From assembly GCF_037042905.1 (NCBI RefSeq), contig NC_087255.1:19902001-19966000 (forward strand): a stretch of DNA of 64,000 bases. Direction: 5' to 3'. Source of the stretch: Lytechinus pictus (Eukaryota). Shown here one piece after another: positions 1 through 12,565 of this stretch (within the stretch, counting starts at the first letter, position 1; each line of letters opens with the position of its first letter). Position numbers and translations under genes: made by a program. A model generated the notes under the pieces. The model did not search any database, was not told the DNA's origin, and was given only the letters and a program-made list of their open reading frames with translations.

Positions 1-508
1 GAAACAATTATTGTATTTCCATAATTTCATTAAATAAACGTGTTTTCACCGGTTTCCCACAGAAGCTATCCCATGGTTAACAAAAGACTTAATGCATGGC
101 TGATCGTCAAAAAAAGCGGAATGTCAAGTGAGTTTGAACGCTAGCCTGCAGAACCTCTTCATTTTCTGAAATTATTGAAATTCAAGCCTTATTTCAAATA
201 ACCAGAACTTTGTTATTTCTCGACCATTTTCTGTAATTGAGGTATCAAATTAAAAAGCAGATATTGAACTTTTTAAAAATGTGGTTTTCTTTTTGAAACC
301 CAGATACAGCCCACCAAATGACTTTTTGCTATCCCCTCTTCAAATTGTTTTTGCTCACTCATAAGTGGATGAGAAAGAATCTAAGTAATTTATGATGAAA
401 GAGGAGATTCTAAGCTTTACAATGGTAGGTCATTTGTCTATTGTATTTGTGATTAATTTATGATTAATCATCGATAAATCTCGGTTTCGTTTTTTGTGGG
501 ACGCACTG
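1..508. mobile_element. End of a Tc1/mariner-type non-autonomous element
   Basis: Terminates in ...GGGACGCACTG followed by (TA)n. The other end lies outside the window. Confidence 0.55.
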
Positions 509-3189
509 TATATATATATATATATATAGATCTAAGCCTATAAGGCCTATGTCATCTATGTAAGGGTACCGGTAATTTGACGATGCCAATTCATTCTGAG
601 CAACGTGAATGCTTACGATCGGCACTGGTCGAGGCTAAGTCCACGCGCATGCGTACTCTCAATCCGAAGACGCAAGTCATGAATATTCATATGTTGGTCC
701 AGAACTCGGTGGGAAAAATAATTTCGCCCCCCGCGATGGCCCTGTTAAAATGTAGAAATTTAATTTACAAAAGTGCACCTTTGGAGCCAATAAATTAAGG
801 CAAAAAAAAACACCTTTAAAATCACTCTTATTTTGACGTGAATTTTTTTTTTTCTTTTTTTTGGGGGGTGTCCATTTTTTTACCAAAATCCTGCGCATCC
901 CTAGCTCCTCAAAAATCTTAAATGTCATAGCATTTGTACATCAAATTTTCATAAAATTTCGGCTTTTTTAAATAAGTAGGAATTATGTTAAAGAAGACCC
1001 CCCCCCCCCCCCCCGATCAGGGCCCCGAGACAGAGGCAAATAAAATATTGTAAAAAAAAAGAAAGAAAGCTACAAATGGATTAAAATAGGTGGATGTGAA
1101 AATCAGAACGCGTTCGAAAAAAAAGAGAAAATCACAGAGGTACAATAAATGAGAGAGACAGGGACAAGACAACAGTTCGCTTCTTCAATAACATAACGAA
1201 CCTCTAATCTCCGATGCAAATACTTTTAGCATTATTTTTCAGCAAAAATTCTTTGTATAAAGATCGTGGTGCAGTGCATCTGCAGCCAGCTGGGCGCTGC
1301 GCTGCAGGCCAACAAAGTGAAGAAACACTGCTCACAAGTAGAAAATTTTACGTTGGAAGAGCGCATTTGATTGGCTAATTCGGCTCAGTAGGGGAGTGGC
1401 CTAAAGGGACTTAATTGAGCGCTAATAGAGTTTTCAGAATACGAATTTGGAGGTATTAACGTCATCTTGCACCCCCCCCCCTTGACTCTGGCCAAAATCA
1501 AGAGCTTTGTTTATGTATACCCCCTCCCCCCGCCTGCAGTAGGTATATAGGTAGAATTCCATAACACTAATCCAAGGAGCAATTGATTATCATATTCATG
1601 CATTATTGGTTCAAATACTGCGATCCTCCAGGGGCAGATCCAGTGACGCCCCCTTTATGATTTTTTTAATTTTTTTTTTGTATGGTGGTGACCTTTAATC
1701 TGTTCATTTACAAAATTGTATTCGATTTATATTACTTTGTATTATATTTGAATGGAAATGAAATAAAGAATTGAAAAAAAAAATCTTTTTTTTTTGTTGC
1801 CTGTTGCAAACTTGAACTGACCAATTCACCTCCCCCTGAATCTAGCCTAGATCCGCCCTGCTACAGAGAACGTCAGCACATGCCTCCCTTAAACCAGTAT
1901 TAAACGATGATAATACTACTAATAATAATTATAATAATTAAAATAATAATAACAATAATTATAATAATAATAATAATAATAGTAATAGTTTTATTTACCC
2001 ATAGTAGCCACTTCAGTTAGGAAACTGCTCTACCAGCGGGCCCTGCATAGCATAATAGTGTTATTATTATCCTTCTCCAATCTTGTGCTGAGCGCCTATA
2101 GCAAGAAGGCAGAAGGTTCAATTTTTGCATGTCTTTTCGATGAGAACTCAGGTTCACTACAAATCATCATGTACACTATCTATGCTATCTGATCGTGCCA
2201 ATGGGTGTCGATCGGTGTTCATCGTGGAGGTGGGTGACTCATATAGAGGGGGCAGGGCAGTGGCGGCACCAAGGGGGCAGCATGGGGGTATTCACCCCTC
2301 CCCCAGTCAGGATCGTTGCCACCCCAGTTGCCCCCCCCCCCCCCGAATTTTTCAAACTGAAATGAAATTTATAGTAAATGTTGTCATAAGCATCCTACAC
2401 AAGCGGTAAAGTGCTCCAAAATAGCATTTTTTTACTCTTCAAATTTTGAAATTTTATCATCCTGTTTGTTAGTCCCCAACACTAACAAAAGTCTGTTGTG
2501 GCTAATGGTTTGACTTATCTGACTAAAGTGTGTAATTATTCCATCATGTTATAGATTTAAAACTGATTTACGATGCTACGTTTTACCATAAAAACATAAG
2601 CACTTTTTCATAGACAAGCATCTGGAATCAATTTTTCTTAAGTATGGGGTAATACCTATTACCGGGATTTTATAACATTTCACATCAGTTCATCATCTTT
2701 TACAAAGAAATAGACTGCATCTACAAGGCACACAGCTATTTTGAGATACTAAACGTACTCTCGTCTAATAAAATTATTCCTTCCCTGGAAAAATACATAT
2801 TTATGAAAAATAAAGTACAAAAAGAAAGCAGAACTCAAATATGGATGAATTTAATGCGAGCGCGAACCACGAGCTGAATTTTTTGAAAAATACTTTAGAT
2901 AAACGATTTTGAGGACTTTCATGGGTTTTCATGGTTGCTTCCCTTTTATACATTCTTTTGAATTTCAATTTTGAATTTGTTTTGTATGTTCTCCATTTAT
3001 AATATGAAGGGACACACCCCATATATGCGCTTGGTTGCGGAGATGAGTAAATTCTGAGGTAATGTCATGCATAAAGATATGAACATGAACATTTTATTCT
3101 TTTCTCATTTTTTTTTCATTCTCCTTCTTCTGTAACTATTAAAAATGTTAATAATTACTATATGTGGTTTGCGCATATTATCACATGAT

Positions 3190-3407
3190 TATTAACGTCC
3201 ATGCGCTTCCAAAGCACTTGGATGTTATTAACATTGACTTTAACCCGGCAGCTAAGCGTTTCAAGGAATAAATTCCTGCCACATATCTATTACCTAACTT
3301 GGGTTGAGTGCAGCACAATAATTTCTAGAAATTACGCCATGACCAGTCGAATCCACGACTCACTGTTTTAAATTTAGAAGACGGATCCACTAGGCCATAA
3401 TGCTCCG
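3190..3407 (-). mobile_element. Degenerate tRNA-derived SINE
   Basis: Minus strand reads TGGCCTAGTGG (A box) ... GATTCGA (B-box-like) then a tgctgcactcaaccca core related to the copy at 48273. Confidence 0.5.
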
Positions 3408-3504
3408 AATAAGTCTGAAGGACGTTTCATCAATAACAACAAACAAACGGAAACTATGAGGACCCCCCAAAAATCAATGGTCACCATGCGTATAATTATG
3501 ACTA

Positions 3505-4207
3505 ACGTGTTTAAAAAAGGACTGGGGAATGATTCCCCCCCCCCTCAACGCTTCACGCGATATTTCCGAAACGCAAAAAAAAAGCGCCGCAAAATTTTAT
3601 GACTTTTTTCTTTGCAGTCTCGCGCTATATACTTTTGAGACCAACTTTGTGACATAACGGGTATATATAGCATCACGATACCACATGACTTTTTAGGAGA
3701 CAATGTCATGCCTAAAATGGCTCATTTTTATACTTTGTGTACAAAGTCTATGGGAGATGAAATTCGTAAAAAGGTGATTATTTATCGTTCTGATTGATCT
3801 GCTTAATTGATTTAGTGTTTAATTCAGCTGTTAAATTATCGGTAATAATTTCCTTTGAACGTTGAAGAAAACAAAAGGTGAAAACACAAAGACATTCATA
3901 AGAAATTTTTCTTTGTGGAAACCTTTAAATTAGATTGCAAAGATGACATCTGGAAGAAACAAATGAGGTAAAATTGGGTGTCAAATATGCAAATAAAGTT
4001 TTTCACGAATAAATTTGCATAATGTATTCATAATGAATAAAAAATAATTATTTTCAGAATTGTTTGTTTTATACTTGCTTATAGTTTATGTGGTAAAGAA
4101 TGTGCGCCCCAAATTTCGCGCGAATGGCAGCCGAGATCAGAAGGGGGCCATCATGCCCCCTCCAAATCCTCAATACATCTCAAATAGCCCAGTCCTTTTA
4201 GGGTTAA
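3505..4207. mobile_element. MITE-like element with imperfect TIRs
   Basis: aaaaggactgggg at left and cccagtcctttta-gggttaa at right. A related partial copy lies at ~49832-50040. Confidence 0.45.
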
Positions 4208-4299
4208 TATCTATTTTGTAAATAGACCTCTCTCCCACAATATTCCAGAAATTGATAAGAGATTCTAACACTTTAAAAAAATCCCATTCCTAAACTATT

Positions 4300-4773
4300 T
4301 TCTTTGCCCCGATCACTGAATATAAAAGTTAAGAACATTGTAAATAATCTAAAACCTAAAAAAGTTCAGTCTGCGATGAATTTACAAATTTTGTCATAAA
4401 ACGAGTAATTAAGGAAATTTTAACTTGACTTTTATATTTAACCAACCCCTGGAAACTGGCATGGTTCCTCAAAATAGATAAAGTTTTCCTAGGACTCCCA
4501 GTATTTAAAAAGGATGATAGACGGATTGTCATGTCAGCAACTATCGCCCAATTTCTCTCCTTACTTCCTGTCAATTTAATGAATTTTCTACCTGATATTT
4601 TATGCGATTTCCAATCTGTGTTGAAAAACATTCTACCACAGTACTTTCTTTTGTTGATAAGATGGCAAATGCTATTGATAATTCCTTGCACACCATTTGT
4701 ATATTCCTGAACCTCTCCAAGGCCTTTGACAAGGTCAATCATTGAAATCCTGCTTTATAAGTTATTCCATTAC
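4300..4773 (+). mobile_element. Degenerate LINE reverse-transcriptase fragment
   Basis: Broken frames give PVFKKDD, SNYRPISLL and IFLNLSKAFDKVNH..LLYKLFHY, typical non-LTR RT motifs. A possible continuation (NTGILNKLKYY) lies at ~5520-5600. Confidence 0.75.
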
Positions 4774-5410
4774 ATAGGCGGATCCAGGGGGGCGAGAGCC
4801 CCCACCCCCTATTGGCGGAGCAAAAAAAAGGAAAAAAAGGAGAAAGAAAGACAAAAATAAAAGGAAGGGGAAAGAGAGGAGGAAAAAATAATAGGAAAAA
4901 GAGGAAGAAGATGAGTAATTAAAATAATGTGAGGGTATGACTTGGAAAATTGAAAAAAAATTCTTTAATGTCACTATATAAAATTTTCGCTCGCGCTGCA
5001 TGCTCAATGAGACACACTGTACATATCTTGCTTGATAGGCTGGTATGGATTTTAAAATATCAAGTTTTGAAGTCAATATACAAAACATATTTCAGCTGGG
5101 ACATCGAGCTTTCATTACTTTTTTTTATTTACAAATCGATTTTCAAAAAGTTTATTTTTATTGTCTGAGTATCAAAATTTATCACTATATCATAGGCGGA
5201 TCCAGGGGGGGGGGGGGCGAGGGGTCCGCCCCCCCCCCATTGGCGGAGCAAAGAAAAAGAAAAAAAGGAGGAAAGAAAAAAAATGGAAAAGAGAGGAGAA
5301 AAAAGAAGGGGAAACATAAATGGAGGAAGACGAGTGAATAAAATGAGATGAGGGGAGGACTTGGAAAAAAAACAAATTCTTTGATGTCACTATATAAAAT
5401 TTTCGCTATA
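4774..5410. repeat. Two tandem copies of an interspersed repeat (ataggcggatccaggggg...aaaattttcgct)
   Basis: Copies start at ~4774 and ~5192. A third related copy lies at ~8342-8860. Confidence 0.7.
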
Positions 5411-5443
5411 TTGATCATGAATTATCATGGAAATGTCATATTG

Positions 5444-5444
<1 letters not shown>

Positions 5445-5512
<68 letters not shown>
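5445..5512. repeat. (TA)n(TG)n compound microsatellite
   Basis: Directly visible. Confidence 0.95.
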
Positions 5513-5515
<3 letters not shown>

Positions 5516-6504
5516 CTATCCTCTGGAAACACTGGTATTCTAAATAAACTAAAATATTATATTTCTCACTTGTTGCATCACATCAAATCCCTTATTATCC
5601 AAAAATAGAATACTTAAAATTTCTGATTTTATGCATTTCATGTTGGACCATTCGTGTTTTAGCTTTTAAAAGATGAATTGTATGATATATTTGCGCCTAT
5701 GTTTCAAAGGAATAATCTAGTCCACACGTATCCCACCCGGCAAAAAGCTTTTGGAGGATGCATGTTTTTGGAACGGTCTTCACCACGATGTGTATATAGT
5801 ACCTGACTAAACATTTTCAAACGTGAATTGAAATTGATTAATTCTTACAATTTTCCTGTGTAGGTTATATAGTAACTTTTAAAAATATTGTTAACACGCT
5901 CTGGCTGAGTAATGTTATAGTGGCAAACACGTTTTTAAAATGTACACTCTTTAAATACCGACAATATTCTCCATAGACTTCATATTTTGGGGGAACCTGC
6001 AGACTGAACAAGCGTTGCTTTTTTTGGCAGGTCCCATCACATTTCACCATATTTCAACTTGTTGTCTTTGATTTCAAATTGCTGTATTATACATTTCTAG
6101 ATGAATGATGCCATGTCTGATTTGTACACCATGCTCATTCTTCTGATGATATATTGTTTTTTGTATCATGTTAATGTAAAATATGTAAAACAAAGTCAGT
6201 TATCAAATACATACGACAACCAATGCTAGCATCATGATCATCTTAATTGTACTCCCTCTTTATCATCATACTTGTCATATGATTCATCATATTAAAGTAT
6301 TATTATGTTCGACCTTAAATTATGAGAGGGGCGAAAATACAGCACAGGCAACCCCCTCCCCCTTCTCAAATATTGAGGGATTATATCCCCTATCTCGATA
6401 ATCGTGCGTGATTATCGATTTCGGGTAAAGATCACATTTTTTTTCGAATAATGTACTGTCCGAACACAAATATTGACAAAAGCTAATTAAGTGCGTTAGG
6501 GCAC

Positions 6505-6512
6505 TATATAAA
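6505..6512 (+). promoter_or_regulatory. Candidate TATA box for V1
   Basis: TATATAAA about 50 nt upstream of the V1 ATG. The AT-rich background weakens this. Confidence 0.4.
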
Positions 6513-6558
6513 GGCCTATGTAAAGACCTTTTTTGTTAAATCGTTCGCTTTGGCAACA

Positions 6559-7398
6559 ATGGCGTCAATCTGTCCAATAGTTCTTCTTGTGTTTTTTCAG
6601 GTTGTCCAAGGTGGCAAGATCCTGATTTTTAGTGGATACGGTGAGGGCAGTCATTTCATGACTGCTGCTCATGTTGGGAAGGAGTTGATGCGTCGAAACC
6701 ACAACGTCACTCTGCTAATTAGCAATGCGTACGAGCACAGAGCAAACGAAACCAAATACAAGGATTTTAACTTTGAAAAATTCAAGCACAATGTTCCCCC
6801 AGAAGAGGTTCGAGGTCGCCTTGAGCGATTATCAGAGTCGATATTCAAAGGGAACTTCCTGCGGGATGTCCTTTGGAATATGACAGACCTTATGGGTGAG
6901 ATAGTCGATGACTGTGAAGCATTATTCAACGATCAGGTGCTTCTACAAAGACTCCTTGAAGCAAAGTTCGACGTGGCTTTCGTTGATCCCCTATGGCCAT
7001 GTTCGTTGCTTGTTGCCGAGTATGCCGCCAAGAGACATGTGTCCTTTATGGCTACCACATGGAATGACAACATTGCCCGCGTGAATGGCAATCCTTCAAA
7101 TGCTGCCTTTATAGGGGAAATGAACACCGGTTTCACCAATAAGATGACACTGACCGAGCGCGTTGCCAACTGCATCATGATTATGGTCTCAAAATGGATG
7201 GCGACATTTACCAATTCTTATACCCCTATCCAACATGCTCATGGAATTTGTCCAGATCTCAAGGCAGAAGATCTCTACCAACGGTCACAGCTGCTTCTAG
7301 TCAATGTTGATTTCGCATTGGAGTATCCGATTCCAGTCATGCCACATCTGATTCCTGTTGGTGGCCTGTCTACTGGACCTGCAAATGACCTAGCTCAG
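6559..7398 (+). CDS. UGT: UGT variable exon V1 (signal peptide + aglycone-binding domain, 280 codons; 522 aa with constant exons)
   Basis: ATG in gcaacaATGG, hydrophobic leader, GKILIF..GEGSHF motif, FVDP, NVDFALEYPIPVMPHLIPVGGL. Ends CAG|GTTAGT, 840 nt, phase 0. Confidence 0.93.
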
Positions 7399-7861
7399 GT
7401 TAGTATTGCATGATTAGCATATTAGATTGGGCGAAAATGTATTTTTGATATGGAATCGACAACCCTGTTCAATGTTCACACACTGCTTGGAAATCTTTGG
7501 AAATCTGAGTTTGGCCATTAATTTCCAATTTTACACAATGCATATTTGACATCATTCAAAAGATTATTTTTTATCTTTAAAATGATACCATGCTTGTTAT
7601 GATCATGCCATCACGAAAAGAGCAGGATTAAAAAGTGTTGGATGAGGTCTGAATTGAAAAGCTGCAAAACGAGCAGAAATAGTCATGAAGGGTCAATATA
7701 AAGAACATGTTTCTTTTGTCTGTGTCAATAGAGATGAAAATCCATTCAATTCAAGCCCCTGCTTCTTCATTTGTTTATGTTTTGTTGTGGTTTATGTAGT
7801 GATGGTTCTGTAAGATAACATGGTTTGAGTCGTGGTTTGAAATACCCATGCATGTTTGTCT

Positions 7862-9904
7862 GGGGATCAGGACAACTACCCCCCGGACAATTACCCCCGG
7901 ACAACTACCCACGGACAACTACCCCCGGACAATTACCCCCGAGGACAATTACCCCCCCCCGGACAACTACCCCCCGGACAATTACCCTCTGAGGACAATT
8001 ACCCCCCGAGGACAATTACCCCCGGACAATTACCCCCCCGGACAATTACCCCCAGACAATCATCCCTGGACAATTAACCCCGAGGACAATTACCACCGAG
8101 AACAATTACCCCCCCCCCCCAGGACAATAACCCCCTAGATAAAGGGGGTGCACAGAGTCATACGTCGGCCGTACGTTTGACGTAAGAAGTACTCGAGGCA
8201 TTCTCGAGTATCTAGGAATCTAACGAACGCCGTAAGAAAGCTGTAAAAGTGAGCTCCATCTGCAAATCTTTACGAAACCCAGAATTCGATCATAATTTGT
8301 ATGTCACCGTAGCATAAGATCATTCGTTTTGGCAATCTTCGCAGTGGCGTAGTATACGGGGGGCCAGGAGGCACGTGCCCCTCCCTAAAATTTGGTTTGC
8401 CCCCCTAAATAAACTGACGGAGCAAAAAAAGGGGGGAGAAAGAAAGAAAGAAAAAAAAAATAATGAGAAAGATAGAAGAAAAAAGAAGAGGAAAATGAGA
8501 GGAGAAAGAGGAGTGAATAATATAAGGTTAAGGGAAGACTTTTTATGTCACTATATAAAATTTTCGCTCACGCTTCCCGCTCGCATTGCCTTTTCGATGA
8601 GATTCATATCTTGCCCAATATAGGCTGATATGGAGCTTGAAATATCACGTTTTGAAGTCAATATACAAAACAGATTTCATCTCGGATATCGAGCTTTCAT
8701 TATTTTTTTATTTACAAATTGATTTTTTCAAGTGCTCTGTAAAATGTCCGTTTTATGGTCTAAATATTAATATTTATAGCTCACGCTGCTCGGTCGCATT
8801 ATTTGATTTGCATAGGCCTACTTCTTTATAAATTCTTACAAACCGTCCTTAAAATGCACCTTAAACGAATTGTATACTATCATGATTGCCAATTTGTATG
8901 GAAAAAAACACTGTATTTGATTATGTCATATTGTTTACAATTTAGTAATTTTGTTACTTAATTTCCTTCTTTAATGTTTAATTGCTTTCATCCGAGAATA
9001 TAACACACAAAAACACCTTGTAATTTTACCATTTAGAGTCAAATGGTAAAATTACAAGGTGTTCTTGTATTATCTTTGCATAAAGTTTTTTAGCTTACTG
9101 TATTTAGTTATAAAGCCACATCTTAATCTGGAATGTGCACCAATTGTTTCATAATTCTTAGCTTCTTGTTAGTTGAATTGTTTTAGAATAACAGGTTTAT
9201 AGGTCCTTCTTGACAGTGTTAGTGTTGTTAGTTGTGTTATCGACTTTGAATATTTCTACGTATGAAGGTGTCTTTTTTACGTTTTATCTTTTTGCCCGAT
9301 TTCTTTCCTGAAATTAAACCAAAAATAAATTTTAAAATCAGATCAGTTTGAATCAGAGATATTCAGGTTTTGTGATTATTACGACTAATCGACGGTGTTC
9401 AATTGTTCTATGAAAACTTAGTATGAGGGCCAGTTTACACATTTTCTGATGTATATATCCCATATAACCCATAGCCAAATGGGAGGTTTCGGGTGCAAGC
9501 CCCCCCCCCCCCCCCCCCCATTTTTCATGATGCAGAAGGCGCCGCTAAACAAAAACAAAAAAGTAAGAAAAAGGCGGAAAAAGGAAAAAGAAGAAAGTGA
9601 GAGAACAGGAGAAAGAGCAATATAAAAGAGAAAGAAAAAGTTATTAACGTAAGATAAAGTAGAAAATATTTCCAAAACCTGTGCCACCGACCAAAACTTA
9701 CAATGGGTCCCGCTTAATTCTAACATTGATGCCGGAGAGAAGGGTGGATTATCTGGGGGTGATTGTCGGGGGGTAATTGTCCTCGGGGGGGGGGGGGTAG
9801 TTGTCCTCAGGGGGTAATTGTCCGGGGGGTAATTGTACTCGGGGGGGGGGGGGTAATTGTCCGGGGGTAGTTGTCCGGGGGGGGGGGTAATTGTCCTAGA
9901 ACCG
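7862..9904. mobile_element. Foldback-like element with inverted terminal arrays of a ~15-bp unit
   Basis: (GGACAAYTACCCCCC)n at 7869-8137 and its reverse complement at 9748-9897, with matching inner boundaries (ccccctagataa / ttatctggggg). No clean TSD. Confidence 0.75.
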
Positions 9905-10167
9905 TTTGTTTGTTATGTGTTTGATTGTGCAGAGGTGTGTTTGATTCCACGTTAATGTTGATGTTAAGGCGCATGAAAACAAAAGAAACCGCTGAGAAAC
10001 TAACTCATCACCACGGAAAAAATAACTGTGACTTTCAATATTGTGTCATTTTGCAACTTTTGAATTTTGACCTTGCCCCACATTTCAAGGCACTGCACCT
10101 CCATGTGAACCATAATCATATCATGTAGGGTATCATTCAAAAGAAAATTAAATGATCTATTCATTTG

Positions 10168-10316
10168 TAGTGTAGTAGGTTTCACGGTACACCATGTATT
10201 CTTTCTTGGGCATATGTTGGTCCTGAAAAGGACCACCCAATCTTTGGGTGGTCCTTTTCAGGACCAACATATGCCCAAGAAAGAATACATGGTGTACCGT
10301 GAAACCTACTACACTA
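10168..10316. repeat. Perfect palindrome, 73-bp arms with 3-nt loop
   Basis: 10168-10240 is the exact reverse complement of 10244-10316; the loop is TCT. Confidence 0.95.
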
Positions 10317-10453
10317 TTCTTCTTCGCCATGGAAACCTTCAGAAATTATACTATTCATTTGTATTAATCACAAATTGATATTTACTAAAACCGAGGAGAG
10401 ATTATCGATTAAAGTCAGATTTCCAAACTTTTTTTGAGGAGTTTATATGTATA

Positions 10454-10798
10454 TATATGGCGATTCCATGCTAGAAAAATCAGCTTTTCACAACATTTTT
10501 CAACCTGCTGTCCAAACGAACGAAGAACTTTAATTTGCTATGTGGTAATAGGTGAATTAGAGCTTAAAATGTTGCGTGTCGTACGGGACATTTCTGCGTC
10601 CCGTACGACACACAACATTTTCACCTATAATTTACCCATAATCATTTTTTTGTGTTGGTTATTAGTTTTTCACATGACTACCTACTATAGCTTTATCATT
10701 GACAAAAAATAATATTTTATTGCTCAAGCATTTGGCTAGGAAACTAGATATTGTTGTCAAAATGTCCCGTACGACACGTATGGAATCGCCCATATATG
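10454..10798. mobile_element. MITE with TIRs and internal hairpin
   Basis: Ends tatatggcgattccat / atggaatcgcccatata. Internal inverted repeat gtgtcgtacgggac...gtcccgtacgacac. Confidence 0.6.
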
Positions 10799-11713
10799 TA
10801 TACAAATATCTGTAGCGATTATCTATATTACTTCCGAAACCAATAATATCATATATGGTTATTACTACATTAACAATTTCATTAATAATCACATTATCAA
10901 TGATTATAATGATATAAAATAACAAGCATTTCAGGAGGTAGAACAGTATAATAATTATAGTGAATAGCTCCTGCGCTCAATCGATCTACACAATATTCAT
11001 TTTGTTATTATTTGTACACATCGAGGTTTTTACCTGACTGCTAAGAAAGCACGAATGCCTGTGAGCAAGCAACCGGGGGACCAACGGCTTAAGGTCCTCT
11101 CCGAGGGACCTGGTAATGAGGATTATTATCATTATTATAACATTCAAATAATGACAATAAGATTTACATTTATGGAAAGCACATTCATTATAAATACTTT
11201 GCATTATAACATAGACACCCCCGTTCATTTTTTTTTAACAAAGGCTACTCGAAATTGAACAAGAAACCCATTGACATGGTGCACTGAGGCACAATTTGCA
11301 CGCGCCCGTGAATTGGACCGTCAAGCTGATCGATCATCTTTTCTAATACCGTCGTGAAATTTAATCCATACGATTTACAAAAGAAGAATAATGTATGCCC
11401 AATCTTCGGAAAGCCTAGATATTGTACCAATATCGGCTACAATCTAATTCGATACGTGAAAACGTAAAAAGACTCAAGTCTTTTTTTCAATTTTGCTTTG
11501 CCTCATTGAATTGAACGTCACCCTTCACCTCAAAAATCAATGAAGTGTTATGTACATGTCCCGAGGTACACGTGTATGGCAGTTGAATATTAGGTCAACC
11601 GGGTATATGATTTTGTTTTGTAATAACGTAACTGATATTGACATGACCAAAGTCCGCAGCATCGATCAAGCCACAATTAAAGGCTGAAGCGGTTTGAACT
11701 ATAATATGCACAA

Positions 11714-12565
11714 ATGGCTACTCTCTATCCAGTAATAATGGCTGTTCTTGGATTAGGCCTAATAGAAGTATCCTACGGAAGTAACATCTTAATTTTTAGT
11801 GGATATGGCGAAGGAAGTCATTTCATGACTGCAGCTCTAGTTGGAAAAGAGCTGATACGTCGGGGTCATAATGTAACAGTGCTGATTAGCAATGCATACG
11901 AGCACAGGGCAAACGAAACCAAATACAAGGATTTACGCTTTGAAATCTTCAAGCACAATGATCCTCCAGAAGTTGTTCGGAATCGTCAAGAGCATTTTGC
12001 AAAGTCGGTATTCGAGGGAACCGCCATGACAGAATTTTTCATGAACATGTCGATCGTATTGGACTGGTTCGTCGATGATTGCCACGCATTGTTTAATGAC
12101 GAACCCCTTCTAAAAAGACTTCGTCAAGCAAACTTCGACCTGGCTTTCGTTGATCCTGTATGGACGTGTTCGTTGCTTGTTGCGGAATACGCTGCCAAGA
12201 GACATGTTTCCTTCATGGCTACCACATGGATGAACTTCATTCCCCGCGTGACTGGAAACCCTTCAAACACTGCCTTCGTGCCAGAGTGGAGCACCGGTTT
12301 CACAAATAAGATGACATTTGCTCAGAGGGTTATTAACAGTGTCGCCCTCGCGTTTTCGGTGTGGATGACTTCTTCCACTGATTCCACCTCCATTATCCAA
12401 CAAACCCACAGGATTTGTCCGGATCTTCAGCTCTATCAGCTCTACCAAAGGTCTCATCTTCTCCTGGTTAATGTTGATTTCGCCATGGAGTATCCAATCC
12501 CAGTCATGCCTCATGTGATACCAGTTGGTGGTCTGTCTGCGGAACCAGCAAATAATCTTAGTCTG
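11714..12565 (+). CDS. UGT: UGT variable exon V2 (284 codons; 526 aa with constant exons)
   Basis: Intact paralog of V1 (GEGSHF, FVDP). Ends CTG|GTTAGT, 852 nt, phase 0. Confidence 0.93.

Noticed and set aside
6400-6412. Possible AhR/XRE site upstream of V1
   Set aside because: Only the 5-bp GCGTG core, not a full TNGCGTG; expected by chance.
7869-8137. CRISPR-like array (also considered at 52540-53075 and 54740-55400)
   Set aside because: No unique spacers or cas genes; eukaryotic tandem repeats.
7848-8138. Repetitive Pro-rich ORFs (DNYPP/GQLPP/RTITP)
   Set aside because: Translations of the 15-bp terminal array.
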